In this document: positions 1 to 14,057 of the stretch, piece after piece
Layout of the letters: the number at the start of each line of letters is the position of its first letter
Numbering within the stretch: position 1 is the stretch's first letter
Assembly: GCA_002269645.1 (NCBI GenBank)
Contig: NIVC01000917.1
Span: forward strand, 186,001-250,000
Direction of reading: 5' to 3'
From: Macrostomum lignano
Lineage: Eukaryota
Length of the DNA: 64,000 bases
The notes under the pieces: model-generated
The model's database searches: none
What the model saw: only the letters and a program-made list of their open reading frames with translations
Told to the model about the DNA's origin: nothing
Made by a program: the position numbers and the translations under genes

Positions 1-389
1 TGGGATTTGAGTTGGGGAATTATGAGATCAGGGATTAGAGTTGGGGAATTATGAGATCTAGAATGTTGTTTGTTTCAGAATCAGAATCTGGAATCAGAAT
101 TTAAGTTGGGGGAATTATGAGATCTGGAATTTAAGTTGGGGGAATTATGAGATCTGGGATTTGAGTACTGTTGGGGAATTATGAGATCTGGGATTTGAGT
201 ACTGTTAAGGGATTTTGAGATATGGGATTTGAGTTGGGGAATTATGAGATCTAGAATGTTGTTTGTTTCAGAATCAGAATCTGGAATCAGAATTTAAGTT
301 GGGGGAATTATGAGATCTGGAATTTAAGTTAGGGAATTATGAGATCTGGGATTTAAGTTAGGGAATTATGAGATCTGGGATTTGAGTAC
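1..389. repeat. Degenerate ~29-bp minisatellite (TGGGATTTGAGTTGGGGAATTATGAGATC) with a ~192-bp higher-order duplication
   Basis: Unit visibly repeated; the block TAGAATGTTGTTTGTTTCAGAATCAGAATCTGG occurs at ~59 and ~251. Array runs off the window start. Confidence 0.9.
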
Positions 390-911
390 ATTATTGAACA
401 AATTAAATCATAACATCTTGAACTAAGCTGATTTTAGACTTGTGGGTAGGAAATGCAATGCTGCTCTTATACGAGCTAAATTTTGAGTTCTGATCATTTG
501 CAGCTATATCTCCAAGTTATTCTCTCCAAGAAGATATTCTTTATATTTATGAATCAAAAATGAATTCGTTAAAAAACCGGAGGCTGTAGGATGTTGGCTC
601 GAAACTCACTTCTCTTTGCTTTCAGTCAGAGAGTCCCACGAGAATGGGAAGCCGCATATTGCGGGGCATTTATAACCGAAAAATTCCCCTACCCCTGTTG
701 CTGCTGGTCTATCCGAAATAAGTGCAACAAAAAGCTGTAAACTGAAGAGGCCAGAGGCACAGATGCTGCCTCATCCTTGCTATTTGATACCAGTCTAACA
801 CCCTTATGCACCCTTTGAAATTTGCTATATTATACTATTAGTGCCACAGTCTCAAGGGTATCGGTACAACGCCAACCCACGTGAGCCTCTAATTATCTCG
901 TAAAAAGCTAG

Positions 912-1565
912 ATTCATTTTCTTATCGATCGCCAGCCACACTTAGTGTGCATTCATTTATGTTATCGATCGCTAGCCACACTTAGTGTGCATTCATTTTC
1001 TTATCGATCGCCAGCCACACTTAGTGTACATTCATTATCTTATCAATCGCCAGCCACACTTAGTGTACATTCATTATTTTATGATCGCCAGCCACACTTA
1101 GTGTATTGTACATTCATTATCTTATCAATCGCCAGCCACACTTAGTGTGCATTCATTTTCTTATCGATCGCCAGCCACACTTAGTGTACATTCATTATCT
1201 TATCAATCGCCAGCCACACTTAGTGTACATTCATTATTTTATGATCGCCAGCCACACTTAGTGTATTGTACATTCATTATCTTATCAATCGCCAGCCACA
1301 CTTAGTGTACATTCATTATTTTATGATCGCCAGCCACACTTAGTGTATTGTACATTCATTATCTTATCAATCGCCAGCCACACTTAGTGTACATTCATTA
1401 TCTTATCGATCGCCAGCCACACTTAGTGTACATTCATTATCTTATCGATCGCCAGCCACACTTAGTGTAAATTCATTATCTTATCGATCGCCAGCCACAC
1501 TTAGTGTACATTCATTATCTTATCGATCGCCAGCCACACTTAGTGTACATTCAATATCGATCGCC
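912..1565. repeat. 39-40-bp minisatellite (TTATCGATCGCCAGCCACACTTAGTGTACATTCATTATC), ~16 copies
   Basis: Direct tandem repetition; explains ORF 945..1145. Confidence 0.95.
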
Positions 1566-1699
1566 ACTCAATCCAACTGCACATTCATAAACCCACTCTG
1601 CGATCCTCTGATTCCATTGTGTGTTTGAGAAATTGGAAGTTGGAAATTGGAAGTTGGAAATTGGAAGTTACTTTACATAAAAAATATACACCTCCACAG

Positions 1700-1849
1700 G
1701 CCGAGTTGATAAAAACTGTGACAGAAAACTGGCATCGAATCGACAAGGATGTGACCAGATGCGATCGGCACATCACTTTCTTTTCCGATGACGAACACTT
1801 GGAAAAGTTGCGCAATATTATGTGCTGCTACGTTTGGGAGAATTTGCAG
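1700..1849 (+). CDS. SGSM1/2: SGSM1/2 (RUTBC)-like Rab-GAP, TBC domain exon A (gene 5' part not identified in window)
   Basis: Acceptor cctccacAG at 1698-99, donor GTgaga at 1850; 50 codons AELIKTVTENWHRIDKDVTRCDRHITFFSDDEHLEKLRNIMCCYVWENLQ. Contains the IxxDxxR arginine finger and matches the SGSM signature HRIDKDVQRCDR...LRxxMCSYVWE. Confidence 0.92.
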
Positions 1850-2076
1850 GTGAGATAAGTTATATATACGTGCATGTAAGTTACTTAAAGTAGTTAATTT
1901 AGTCGTCGCAGAGCTCCCACACGCTCATACAGGGTGTACAGCGGCCCTGCATTTCTCATCTTCAGGCATGTACACTCTGCGTGACATCCTTATCAAACTC
2001 TAAATCTATTGTAGCCGAGTGCGGAATCAAACCGTTAGTGAGCTTGCACATTGCTCGCATTCCTCACACCTCGTAG

Positions 2077-2530
2077 GTGGGCTACATCCAAGGCTTCTGC
2101 GACCTCCTCGCCCCTCTGCTGATCGTGCTAGAGGACGAGGGCCTCACCCTGGCCTGCTTCGAGAAGCTGATGCTTCGCATGGTTGCCAACTTTCCAACCG
2201 ACGAAGTCGAACTGCGAGAAACGACAATGTCGGCCGCTGCGCCGGAAGCGGCCGCTGTCGAAGCGGAGGCTGCCGGGCGAGTGGAAGCGAACGGACCCGA
2301 CAGCTCTCGGAAGCGGCAGCACCGGTCGCTGATGAACCAGCAGCTGGCTAATCTGAGCGCCGCACTGCAGGTGATGGACCCGCAGCTGCACGAGCACATT
2401 GTGCGCAAGGGAGAGCAGGAGCAAACTGGCATTGGGCCGCAACAGCAGCAGCAGCAGCAGCAACAGTTGCAACAATTGCACATGCACTTCTGCTTCTGCT
2501 TCAGATGGCTGCTGCTTGACTTTAAGAGAG
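2077..2530 (+). CDS. SGSM1/2: SGSM1/2-like TBC domain exon B
   Basis: Acceptor AG 2075-76, phase 0 from exon A; [15 protein letters not shown] (YxQ glutamine finger)...[15 protein letters not shown]; donor G|GTGAGT at 2531 (phase 1). Confidence 0.93.
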
Positions 2531-2903
2531 GTGAGTCGGGTTTTTTTGTTTGTTTGTTTACTGGAGCTTTCGACAGTGCCCAAAATCAAGGCGAAAGTTG
2601 ATCTGAATTCACTGAGGAGGCATGTACAGTCTCTGTGCCTTGGGGTGGTTGGCCCTTATTGTTGCGAATAAAGAACTGAGGAAACAACCTTCGGGTTAGC
2701 AGAAGCATGCAGTCTGTAGAAAAGCTTTAACGTGGGTAAAGATAGACTGAAGTCATAAAAAGACAGGATAAATTTACAGGTTCTGTGTGAAGCGATGTAT
2801 CCCTGCAATGCAACACAAAAGGAATATTGTCAGTCTGGTGCATCGCGAAGCCTTATATGAAAGAAAAAGTTCAATCCTTCCATAATTCCCTCTCATCAAA
2901 CAG

Positions 2904-3071
2904 AGATTTGCTACAATGACGTCTTCCTGGTGTGGGAGACGATTTGGGCGGCAGCGCACCTGGAGTCCAGCCACTTCAGCATCTTTGTTGCCGTCGCTTT
3001 GCTGCAGGAGTACCGCAGCTTCATCATGGAGAATGACATGAACCTGGCCGATGTCACCATGTTCTATATTG
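2904..3071 (+). CDS. SGSM1/2: SGSM1/2-like TBC domain exon C
   Basis: Acceptor cAG 2902-03; phase 1 restores FKR-E-ICYNDVFLVWETIWAAAHLESSHFSIFVAVALLQEYRSFIMENDMNLADVTMFYI (SGSM: DVFAVWEVIWAA..S.HF.LFIALAL..YR); donor G|GTGAGA at 3072. Confidence 0.92.
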
Positions 3072-3149
3072 GTGAGAGGCTGCTGCACTGCTCGCTGAGG
3101 CTGTTCACGTTTTTGAATTGAAGACAGGATGGGATGAAAAAGATATGGG

Positions 3150-4590
3150 TTGAGACAGATGGGGTGGGGTGGATGGGTGCTTGGAGTGTGGGGTGGGTTG
3201 GATGAGACATCTGGGTATGGGATTGGTAGATGGGAGAGTGAGGTATGTGATGGTGTGGATGGGAGAGTAGGGTATGTGATGGGGTGGATGGGAGAGTAGG
3301 GTATGTGATGGGGTGGATGGGAGAGTAGAGTATGTGATGGGGTGGATGGGAGAGTAGGGTATGTGATGGGGTGGATGGGAGAGTAGGGTATGTGATGGGG
3401 TGGATGGGAGAGTAGGGTATGTGATGGGGTGGATGGGAGAGGAGTGGGTATGGGATGGGGTGGATGGGAGAGTGAGGTATGGGATGGGTGGATGGGAGAG
3501 TAGGGTATGTGATGGGGTGGATGGGAGAGTAGGGTATGTGATGGGGTGGATGGGAGAGTGAGGTATGGGATGTGGTGGATGAGAGAGTACGGTATGGGAT
3601 GGGGTGGATGGGAGAGTGAGGTATGTGATGGGGTGGATGGGAGAGTGAGGTATGGGATGGGGTGGATGGGAGAGTAGGGTATGTGATGGTGTGGATGGGA
3701 GAGTGAGGTATGGGATGGGGTGGATGGGAGAGTAGGGTATGTGATGGGGTGGATGGGAGAGTGAGGTATGGGATGGGGTGGATGGGAGAGTAGGGTATGT
3801 GATGGGGTGGATGGAAGAGTAGGGTATGTGATGGTGTGGATGGGAGAGTGAGGTATGGGATGGGGTGGATGGGAGAGTAGGGTATGTGATGGGGTGGATG
3901 GGAGAGTGAGGTATGGGATGGGGTGGATGGGAGAGTGAGGTATGGGATGGGGTGGATGGGAGAGTAGGGTATGTGATGGTGTGGATGGGAGAGTGAGGTA
4001 TGGGATGGGGTGGATGGGAGAGTAGGGTATGTTATGGGGTGGATGGGAGAGTGAGGTATGTGATGGGGTGGATGGGAGAGTAGGGTATGTTATGGGGTGG
4101 ATGGGAGAGAAGGGTATGGGATGGGGTGGATGGGAGAGGAGTGGGTATGGGATGGGGTGGATGGGAGAGTGAGGTATGGGATGGGGTGGATGGGAGAGTA
4201 GGGTATGTGATGGTTTGGATGGGAGAGTAGGGTATGTGATGGTGTGGATGGGAGAGTAGGGTATGTGATGGGGTGGATGGGAGAGTAGGGTATGTGATGG
4301 TTTGGATGGGAGAGTAGGGTATGTGATGGGGTGGATGGGAGAGTAGGGTATGTGATGGGGTGGATGGGAGAGTAGGGTATGGGATGGGGTGGATGGGAGA
4401 GTAGGGTATGTGATGGTTTGGATGGGAGAGTAGGGTATGTGATGGGGTGGATGGGAGAGTAGGGTATGTGATGGGGTGGATGGGAGAGTACGGTATGGGA
4501 TGGGTGGATGGGAGAGGAGTGGGTATGGGATGGACTGCATGGGAGAGTGGGGTATGGGATGGGATGGATGGGAGCTTGGGGTATGGGATG
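3150..4590. repeat. 29-bp G-rich minisatellite (GGATGGGAGAGTAGGGTATGTGATGGGGT), ~49 copies, inside the last SGSM intron
   Basis: Direct tandem repetition; generates the PSHTLLSHPP ORFs on the minus strand. Confidence 0.97.
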
Positions 4591-4633
4591 GGGTGCTGCA
4601 ACAGACTCAAACCGCATGGCAACCACTCTTCAG

Positions 4634-4728
4634 ACATGGCCGAGCGTCACAACGCTAGTAACCTGCTGCAGCGAGCCAGAGACCTGTTGGATCAGCTGAT
4701 CCAAATGGTGCAGAATGAAGCTGGTTGA
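4634..4728 (+). CDS. SGSM1/2: SGSM1/2-like terminal coding exon
   Basis: Acceptor ctcttcAG 4632-33; phase 1 gives D-MAERHNASNLLQRARDLLDQLIQMVQNEAG* (SGSM C-terminus: AEHHD..ILRIARDLV); AATAAA ~40 nt downstream of the stop. Confidence 0.88.
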
Positions 4729-5052
4729 GCACAGGAGACAAATTTCCTGTAAAAAACCATAAAAACGGATAATAAATAAAGCCAGTTTAGATAAATTTGG
4801 TGTGGCATATGTTTCTTCGATATCTAGCTATGATTATATTATTTTCTGTTGTTCTCAACGTTGTGCCACTTTGGGCACTACTTACAGTTTTCTCGAATTG
4901 ATAGTTTATAAAATACGTTTTATTTTCGACTCGTTCATTCATCAGCCCCTGTTGCGAATTTCTCTATGTTGATTCACGACTATTTTTGCCAGTATTTTTA
5001 TTTTTATTTTCATTATAAATCTACTTATTAACATGTCAGTATGGGATATAGA

Positions 5053-5210
5053 TTGTACCTGATTGTGATCCCGATTGCACCTGATTGCAATCCCGATTGT
5101 ACCTGATTGTGATCCCGATTGTACCTGATTGCAATCCCGATTGCACCTGATTGCAATCCCGATTGCACCTGATTGCAATCCCGATTGCACCTGATTGCGA
5201 TCCCGATACG
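5053..5210. repeat. 22-bp minisatellite (CCTGATTGCAATCCCGATTGCA), ~7 copies
   Basis: Direct tandem repetition. Confidence 0.9.
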
Positions 5211-5565
5211 ATTCGAATTAGAAACTTTACCAGAAAAATTATAAAAGCTTTCATTTTTCATAGCTGAGCCTGAATCTATGTACTTTTATCCTATTAACGG
5301 CATTACTGACGATATGTTGTGCGGGCCAATTTTAAAACAATACCTGTAGTCCTGTTGTCCTTTGTTTGACCTCATCAGATTGCTGCCATGCAATCCAAGT
5401 TACCTGCATGTTGTTCCTTCCTGTGTCTCTCCTGGCATTTAGCTGTTATGCGATTGTGTCCTTTTCTGATATTCTTGTCCACCAGTTACCACCATATTAA
5501 ACCGTGTGTGATCTACTTCATTTCATGACGCTTTCTTCATTGTCTTTGCATTTTTAGACGTAGAA

Positions 5566-5735
<170 letters not shown>

Positions 5736-6293
5736 TTATGTACTTATTTCCTACTGTTAGTAGCCATGCACGGTCTGTTAAAGTACACGAACTGAATATT
5801 TATGGCCAGACTGCGAATCAGACTGAACTTATCGTCGGAGGAATCTAGATCGATTAGCCGTCGTTATTCGTCTTCAAATTAGCTGATAAAAGTTTTTCAA
5901 ATTTTAAGCTATATTGACACAATTAAGGAGTGAGTCAATCCAGTTATTGGTGCTCAAATTACCAGACCACTTCCAGTTGCAAGTAGACGAGAACTTTTTT
6001 CACTTTAGTTAGGCTTGGCTTTTTCAGCATCAAATTTCACTCAGTCCAGGGGAGGCGGGCCTGAGTAATTCTCCTGGGGCGTCTGGCTACTCCAGTTTTC
6101 CGCGATAAAATTGAGTCCTGGCATTTGGTTTCTGCAACACTGACTTGCCTCGTGGACAGCGGTTGCTTTCATCGCAAATGGTGTGATTGTTGCTGCAAAA
6201 CGCATTGAGTTTTTTAACACTTCCAAATACCGAATGAAGCAATTATAGTGCATATCTTCAAAAAGAATTCATGGTTGCCAAGCGATTTATTTT

Positions 6294-6729
<436 letters not shown>

Positions 6730-8289
6730 CATAGGGGAAGTAGGGCCGAAGAACTTTGTGGGGGCAGAGCGGCCCTTTTTTGAGCCATAGACATATTTCC
6801 GTAACGAAGGATGCTACAATTTTTTGTATCTAAGCAGGGGTTGGAAAAGTTTGCGATGTACCAATTCAAATTTGTACTAACGGAATTCACCGTCAGGTCT
6901 GAATGCTGATTCTGGGAACAAGATTCATCTGCTGTTAAAACCCACAGACCTCAACTGAACTTGGACTTATATTTTTCTATCGTAAAAATACAACCCGGAA
7001 TCTACAATCGCAGGGATTTTATGCGCCTTTAGTGCATTCTTCCAGACAAATTTACGTGCAAACAAGTTTGTTTATTCCTCCCATAAGTTCTGCATTTTAC
7101 TTCAATTATTTTCAGAGTTTTCACAACGAACTCAGACAATATTTTGCTTACTTGCTCCTTTAGCAAATCAGAAATGCAGAAGTTGAGATAGCTACTGTTG
7201 ATTTAGTGCGAGAAAGAATCTTATTAATTAATTTTACAGCAAAATTTCTCAGCACAGAGCCTGAGGCCTCATAAAAGCGCTTGTGAGCTCTTGCTCTGAA
7301 CATGGGAGTGTTTTGCGACTAAGCTTCTCAATGGCTCAAATCATGTTTACTGACGAAAGGGTCAATAGGTGCAGGCAGGTGCTCGTGTCAGCGCCTAATT
7401 TTTCCATCCATTTTTTTCCTGGACTAATTAATAGCTACTTGAATAGTGCCCTTGTGGTGTCTGAAAAAGTACGACTGTAAAGCCTATTTTTATATTTCTA
7501 CTGAAGAAAATTTCTCAAAACAATTTTTTTGATGACGAGAAACGATGCGACGCTTGTTTTTTTGTAAAAGTGGATGTTTTCCACTAGGAAATAGGAGCAT
7601 TAGACACGTTAATACTTGTGTCTGACTCTCGCAGCACATTCTCGCGTCTGGCTTCTGCTTAAAACTGGGCAGTGCCCACAGCCCCTATGCAAACTGGCCC
7701 CAAGGCTCAGTCCTATGTCCTCTTCTCAACAGCTAGTACCGTCTAAGCCGTGTCTTAGAGGTCCTTTGATGCAGCTTTGTAGGGAGTTGTTTCTGGTTCC
7801 CTTGAGCTGGACGGCGAGGCCCTTCTTCAACAAGGGAGCACGAGCTGACCTGATGGACCGTAGGAGTGTGTGACGGCGGCAGCGCCTTTGATGTTGGCTC
7901 TTTCAAAAAAGATTCGAGTCGAGGGGGAGGGCACAAAGAACAAACTGCCAGATGCCGAGAACCGCTGCTCACGCTTGTCTGCACTTGCGGTTTTACTCAT
8001 CAAAACAATCAGAGCTAGCTGGAATTGGATTTTAAGCAGCCGAGGCTAAGCTGGGAGCAGACTCGCTATAGTTAGGCCGGTGGGTCAGGCCGGAGTTTGG
8101 AGCCTTAAGCCTCAACCTGGCCTTGCCTTCGCTGTCCACTCCCCTCTCAAGTTGGTCTTGCAGCCCAGCCCAGTTTTCTGTGCCCTGCGCCGCGGCGGTT
8201 TGTGATTGGCTGGCCCACGGGGGTGGGGGTCGTGGCTGTCCGCTGCCTGCCCTCCCGGTTTTTCCATCGCCCCCCCCCCTCTTTTAGCG

Positions 8290-8560
8290 ACGTCGTCCCC
8301 CACAGCCAGCGCTGACGGCAATGCTGCCCATTCCGCTGACTCCTGAGCACATGCAAGCGCGCCAATACTGTACTCAGGCACGCACTCATGCATGCGCTCA
8401 CACATGGCGTTACGGCGGTCCTTTGATGTTCTGATCGTAAGGCATGTACACTCTCTGCGCCTTTGTGGCTGTGAATCGCACGACAACCCCCCCGCCAATT
8501 TTCGTGCACACAAGCCCCAAATGAATGTCTGTTTGCGTACGGAATCGAACCAGAGTAAAA
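8290..8560 (-). mobile_element. tRNA-derived SINE, family A copy
   Basis: Shares GGCATGTACACTCT.TGCGCC and GCTGACGGCAAT..TGCCCATTCC.CTGACTCCTGAGCAC blocks with other copies; B-box-like GGTTCGATTCC on the minus strand at ~8540-8550. Confidence 0.75.
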
Positions 8561-9116
8561 CGTGATAAATCAGTTGAATACGTAGCTGTGGTGGCCAGTG
8601 GATCGCGGGCTGTTGTACACTTTTTTGGCGACCAAATTTCTACATACAAATAGTCTGAGTCGTCTTTCTACCACAGTTAAAAGAAGCGCCTCAGAGGCGC
8701 CTCACAATTGAAGCTATACTACAGTAGTAAAAAAACCGGCTTCGCCAAAATAAAAGCGGATACATTCTGCATTCGAATACTTTTTGTTCTGTTACAGTTT
8801 AATTTGGAACTTTATTGAGCCTGCTTGAAAAAATAAGGCTGAGGGACGTTGAGGCTGATCTGAAAACACCATTGACTGCATTGACTGTTCAATCTCGTAG
8901 CCATTTACCGGAAGTAAAAGAAATATAGAGGTGGGTAGAAGGTTTTTTAATATGTTTTGTCCCATGCATCATCACCTAAAACCCAATTCTGACAATAGCT
9001 CTCGCACCCAGAGCGAACAAGTACGAACCGTAAAGTGTCTCTGACAAAATCCGATCTGCACTGCTCAGAGAGTCTGGGGGACAATGTTTCTTGTGTGTCT
9101 GTGTGTGTGTGTGTGA

Positions 9117-9680
<564 letters not shown>

Positions 9681-10074
9681 TTTCGCAAACGTCACTAAAT
9701 GATTTTGATTTCAAATACCTTTACGAGTCTCCATGCACGCCATTCCAGTCCCTAAGAGCATTAAACTTCTTGTAGCGTAAAACGAGAAAATGCCTCCCTA
9801 GGGAATTCGCGCACAGGACTTTGATGGATATGATAAAAAAGTTGCGAGCTTTGAGTGCGGCTCATCCTTTTTCGAGACATTTTCCAGGAAGAGAATAAAA
9901 TTTCATGGCAATTATGCAACAAATTATGCCATTAGTTTCGACCGATAAATAGCTCGTACCTTAGGAAATGTTTATATCTGATCCCTGATGTAAGAGATAA
10001 GCCCTACTCAACAGCAGAAATAAAATAGTGAAGCGAATCGCTTATAGTTTATAAGTGTGCATGCTCGAATAGTT

Positions 10075-11020
10075 TAATAGAACTCTAATAGAACTCTAAT
10101 AGAACTCTAATGGAACTCTAATAGAACTCTAATGGAACTCTAATAGAACTCTAATAGAACTCTAATAGAACTCTAATGGAACTCTAATGGAACTCTAATA
10201 GAACTCTAACAGAACTCTAATAGAACTCTAATAGAACTCTAATGGAACTCTAATAGAACTCTAATGGAACTCTAATAGAACTCTAATAGAACTCTAATAG
10301 AACTCTAATGGAACTCTAATGGAACTCTAATAGAACTCTAACAGAACTCTAATAGAACTCTAATAGAACTCTAATGGAACTCTAATAGAACTCTAATGGA
10401 ACTCTAATAGAACTCTAATAGAACTCTAATAGAACTCTAATAGAACTCTAATGGAACTCTAATAGAACTCTAATGGAACTCTAATAGAACTCTAATATAA
10501 CTCTAATGGAACTCTAATAGAACTCTAACAGAACTCTAATGGATCTCTAATAGAACTCTTAAAGAACTCTAATAGAACTCTAATAGAACTCTAATAGAAC
10601 TCTAATAGAACTCTAATAGAACTCTAATAGAACTCTAATAGAACTCTAATGGAACTCTAATAGAACTCTAATGGAACTCTAATAGAACTCTGATAGAACT
10701 CTAATAGAACTCTAATATAACTCTAATAGAACTCTAATGGAACTCTAATAGAACTCTAACAGAACTCTAATGGATCTCTAATAGAACTCTTAAAGAACTC
10801 TAATAGAACTCTAATAGAACTCTAATAGAACTCTAATAGAACTCTAATAGAACTCTAATAGAACTCTAATAGAACTCTGATAGAACTCTAATAGAACTCT
10901 AATAGAACTCTAATAGAACTCTAATAGAACTCTAATAGAACTCTGATAGAACTCTAATAGAACTCTAATATAACTCTAATAGAACTCTAATAGAACTCTA
11001 ATAGAACTCTAATATAACTT
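10075..11020. repeat. 11-bp minisatellite (AGAACTCTAAT)n, ~85 copies
   Basis: Direct repetition. Confidence 0.97.
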
Positions 11021-11324
11021 TAATAGTACTTCGACCGCGTGTCCACAGGCGAGGTCCTGGCTCAGCGCGGTTTTATAAGCCCGGCTGACAAAGAGGCAGG
11101 CGGGTGTTAGGTAGTTAGAAATTTAACTCTATGTACTTAAAGATTCTTATAAAGACGATGTAAATTCAGTATTGCAATTCTCAGCTGTTAGTTGAACATT
11201 CTGGAAGTTTGCAGCAGATCAATGTATCGTAGTGTATCACGAAATTTTGTTTTATAATTTAGCCAATGAAAAGCTTTTTCACAGATAAGCTCAGGTACAT
11301 AATGAGGTAGAATTCGGTAGATAA

Positions 11325-12395
11325 TGAGTGAGAGCCTTCGGTATATAATGAGGTAGAGCATTAAGTAGATAATGGGGTAGAGCATTAGGTAGATAATGAA
11401 GTAGAGCATTAGGTAGACAATGAGGTAGAGCATTAGGTAGATAATGAGGTAGAGCATTAAGTAGATAATGAGGTAGAGCATTAGGTAGATAATGATGTAG
11501 AGCATTCGGTATATAATGAGTAGAGCATTAAGTAGATAATGAGGTAGAGCATTAGGTAGATAATGAGGTAGAGCATTAGGTAGATAATGAGTTAGAGCAT
11601 TAGGTAGAAAATGAAGTAGAGCATTCGGTAGATAATGAGGTAGAGCATTAGGTAGACAATGAGGTAGAGCATTAGATAGACAATGGGGTGGAGCATTAGG
11701 TAGATAATGAGGTAGAGCATTAAGTAGACAATGAGGTAGAGCATTAGGTAGATAATGAGGTAGAGAATTAAGTAGATAATGAGGTAGAGCATTTGGTAGA
11801 TAATGAGGTAGAGCATTAGGTAGATAATGAGGTAGAGCATTCAGAATATAATGAGGTAGAGCATTAGGTAGATAATGAGGTAGACCATTAGGTAGATAAT
11901 GAGGTAGAGCATTAGGTAGACAATGAGGTAGAGCATTCGGTAGATAATGAGGTAGAGCATTCGGTAGATAATGAGGTAGAGCATTAGGTAGATAATGAGG
12001 TAGAGCATTCGGTAGATAATGAGGTAGAGCATTAGGTAGATAATGAGGTAGAGCATTAGGTAGATAATGATGTAGAGCATTCGGTATATAATGAGTAGAC
12101 CATTAGGTAGATAATGAGGTAGAGCATTAGGTAGACAATGAGGTAGAGCATTCGGTAGACAATGAGGTAGAGCATTAGGTAGGTAATGAGGTAGAGCATT
12201 AGGTAGATAATGAGGTAGAGCATTAGGTAGATAATGAAGTAGAGCATTAGGTAGATAATGAGGTAGAGCATTAGGTAGACAATGAGGTAGAGCATTCGGT
12301 AGACAATGAGGTAGAGCATTAGGTAGACAATGAGGTAGAGCATTAGGTAGGTAATGAGGTAGAGCATTAGGTATATAATGAGGTTGAGCAGTAGA
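11325..12395. repeat. 24-bp minisatellite (GAGGTAGAGCATTAGGTAGATAAT), ~44 copies
   Basis: Direct repetition; source of the LIIYLMLY and NALPHYLP ORFs. Confidence 0.97.
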
Positions 12396-13214
12396 TATAA
12401 CGTTTGGTAGAGAATTCCCAAAAGTCAAAGGCATCAGATGATGCAGCCAATTTGCTGGAACAAACGCAATTATCCATAGAAGCTCGTGCAACAACCAGTT
12501 GTTTAGTGCCGTCGGCGAGAAACTTGTAATAAATAATGGAGTTTTTTCACTTTACTCGGGTTCGGGTTCAATTTCACTCTCTAAGTGTCTCTTGCAATCT
12601 CGCTCGGACCTGGAGCTGAGTTCCCATGGGAACCAGCACTCTAACAGGGTTACTTCCTGCAGCAAGCCAAGAGAGCATGATATGGCTATGTTAAGATTAA
12701 ATTGGCAATTTGGCGGGTAAGAAGCAATGGCAATCATGTTTTGTCGTTTTGATCCGCAGTATTGACTTTTCTGGACCAATTATCGTGCACAGGTTTAGCC
12801 CAGGCATTGTCTGCATGAGTTATGCCAGCCTTGCTAGCCACAGCTAACAGAGGGTCGCTGCACGCGCTATCACAATCCAAGAAATGAAAACTCGAACATT
12901 GGGAGATGCAATTTCGCTGCTTCGTGACTTGGGGGTGGAGAAGGCTGCTTTGAGTCCTTGAGTCACACAACGGTCGATTGTTTCTTTGGAAATTGGATTC
13001 TTTAGCGACTGGTGAGCTTTCAGCCTGGTTTAATTATTTTACAGACAGTCGAGTTCCTACGGTAGAAGAATGGCTCAGTTTTTGCAGCCGATTGACTCTC
13101 TTTTTCATCACTGGTCAAGAGGACTTCCAAAGCTTCCCGCATGGGGCTCTGAGTAAGACTCAGGGACTTCAAGCTAAGGGAGATGAAATTACGGATATTC
13201 ACTAATCTGCCAAT

Positions 13215-13407
13215 GGGCCGTATGCAGAAAGCCTAGTCCAGACTAGCTAGTCCGGACTTGGGTAGTTCAGTCTATAGTCTATGGTCCAGCTAGCCTAGTT
13301 CTGCTATAGTAGACTGGTCTAACTTTGTGTTTCTGCATACCAAATCCAAGTCTAGACTAGCTTTTCAAGACCGGACTACCCTAGACAGAGCTTTCTGCAT
13401 ACGGCCC
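13215..13407. mobile_element. 193-bp MITE, PIF/Harbinger-like
   Basis: Perfect 18-bp TIRs GGGCCGTATGCAGAAAGC (13215-13232) and GCTTTCTGCATACGGCCC (13390-13407); 3-bp TSD AAT at 13212-14 and 13408-10. Superfamily is inferred from the 3-bp TSD and GGGC ends. Confidence 0.85.
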
Positions 13408-13504
13408 AATATGTTTAGAAGTTAACCTCATTCTGGCTGTTGATAGTAGCCAGCCGCCAACGGAGCGGGTGAGCACCTCAGCGGTAAACGCGTCCAACTC
13501 TCGC

Positions 13505-13780
13505 AGGGCTTTAACACGAAAATTGGCCTGGGGTTGTCGTGCGATTCACACCCACAATGGCCAACCCCCAAGGCGCAGAGAGTGTACATGCCTGACGATT
13601 TGGACGTCAGGGCCGCTGTACACCCTGTGTGAGCGTGTGCATGAGTGCGTGCCTGCGTACAGCATTGGTGCGCTTGACTGTGTTCAGGAGTCAGCGGGAT
13701 GGGCAGAATTGCCGTCAGCGCTGGCTGTCGGACGGGCGTCGCCGAAGGACGATGCGCCAGGGTGCTCCACAGCCCTCCAA
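13505..13780 (+). mobile_element. tRNA-derived SINE, family A copy (head missing)
   Basis: Reverse-complement similarity to 8290-8560 and direct similarity to 16645-16900. Confidence 0.75.
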
Positions 13781-14057
13781 CGAATGTTTTTTTTTATAAA
13801 ATTTATAAAAAATATGTTGAAAAGAGAGAAGACCGACCGATTGGCGGGTGTTTACAAGAAGACAGTGTGAATGGAATACATACCGCAGATGCCGTCCTAA
13901 ACCTACCATTGGCTGATCAGATGGCGACAAGTAGGAATGCGCCAAGATGGGAGCGGCTTGAAAAATCCACTGGGAAGGAATATTTATCACGTCAGCTGCC
14001 CCAGCTAGTTTACAGCTCGGCAATTCTCCGCTCCACTCCATACGGCAAGCACGGAAA

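Noticed and set aside
2774-4637. Long minus-strand Pro/His/Ser ORFs (up to 588 aa)
   Set aside because: Translations of the 29-bp intronic minisatellite, antisense to the SGSM gene.
11190-11320. KFRDTLRYIDLL (minus strand), resembling the Penelope-like RT motif FxxTxRYIDDLL
   Set aside because: About 100 bp between two satellites, missing one catalytic Asp; too short to support without a search.
12760-13205. Coding-like stretch with LTLFFITG (HECT-like) and a ~33-bp GT-AG mini-intron
   Set aside because: Interrupted by stops; only a vague motif resemblance.
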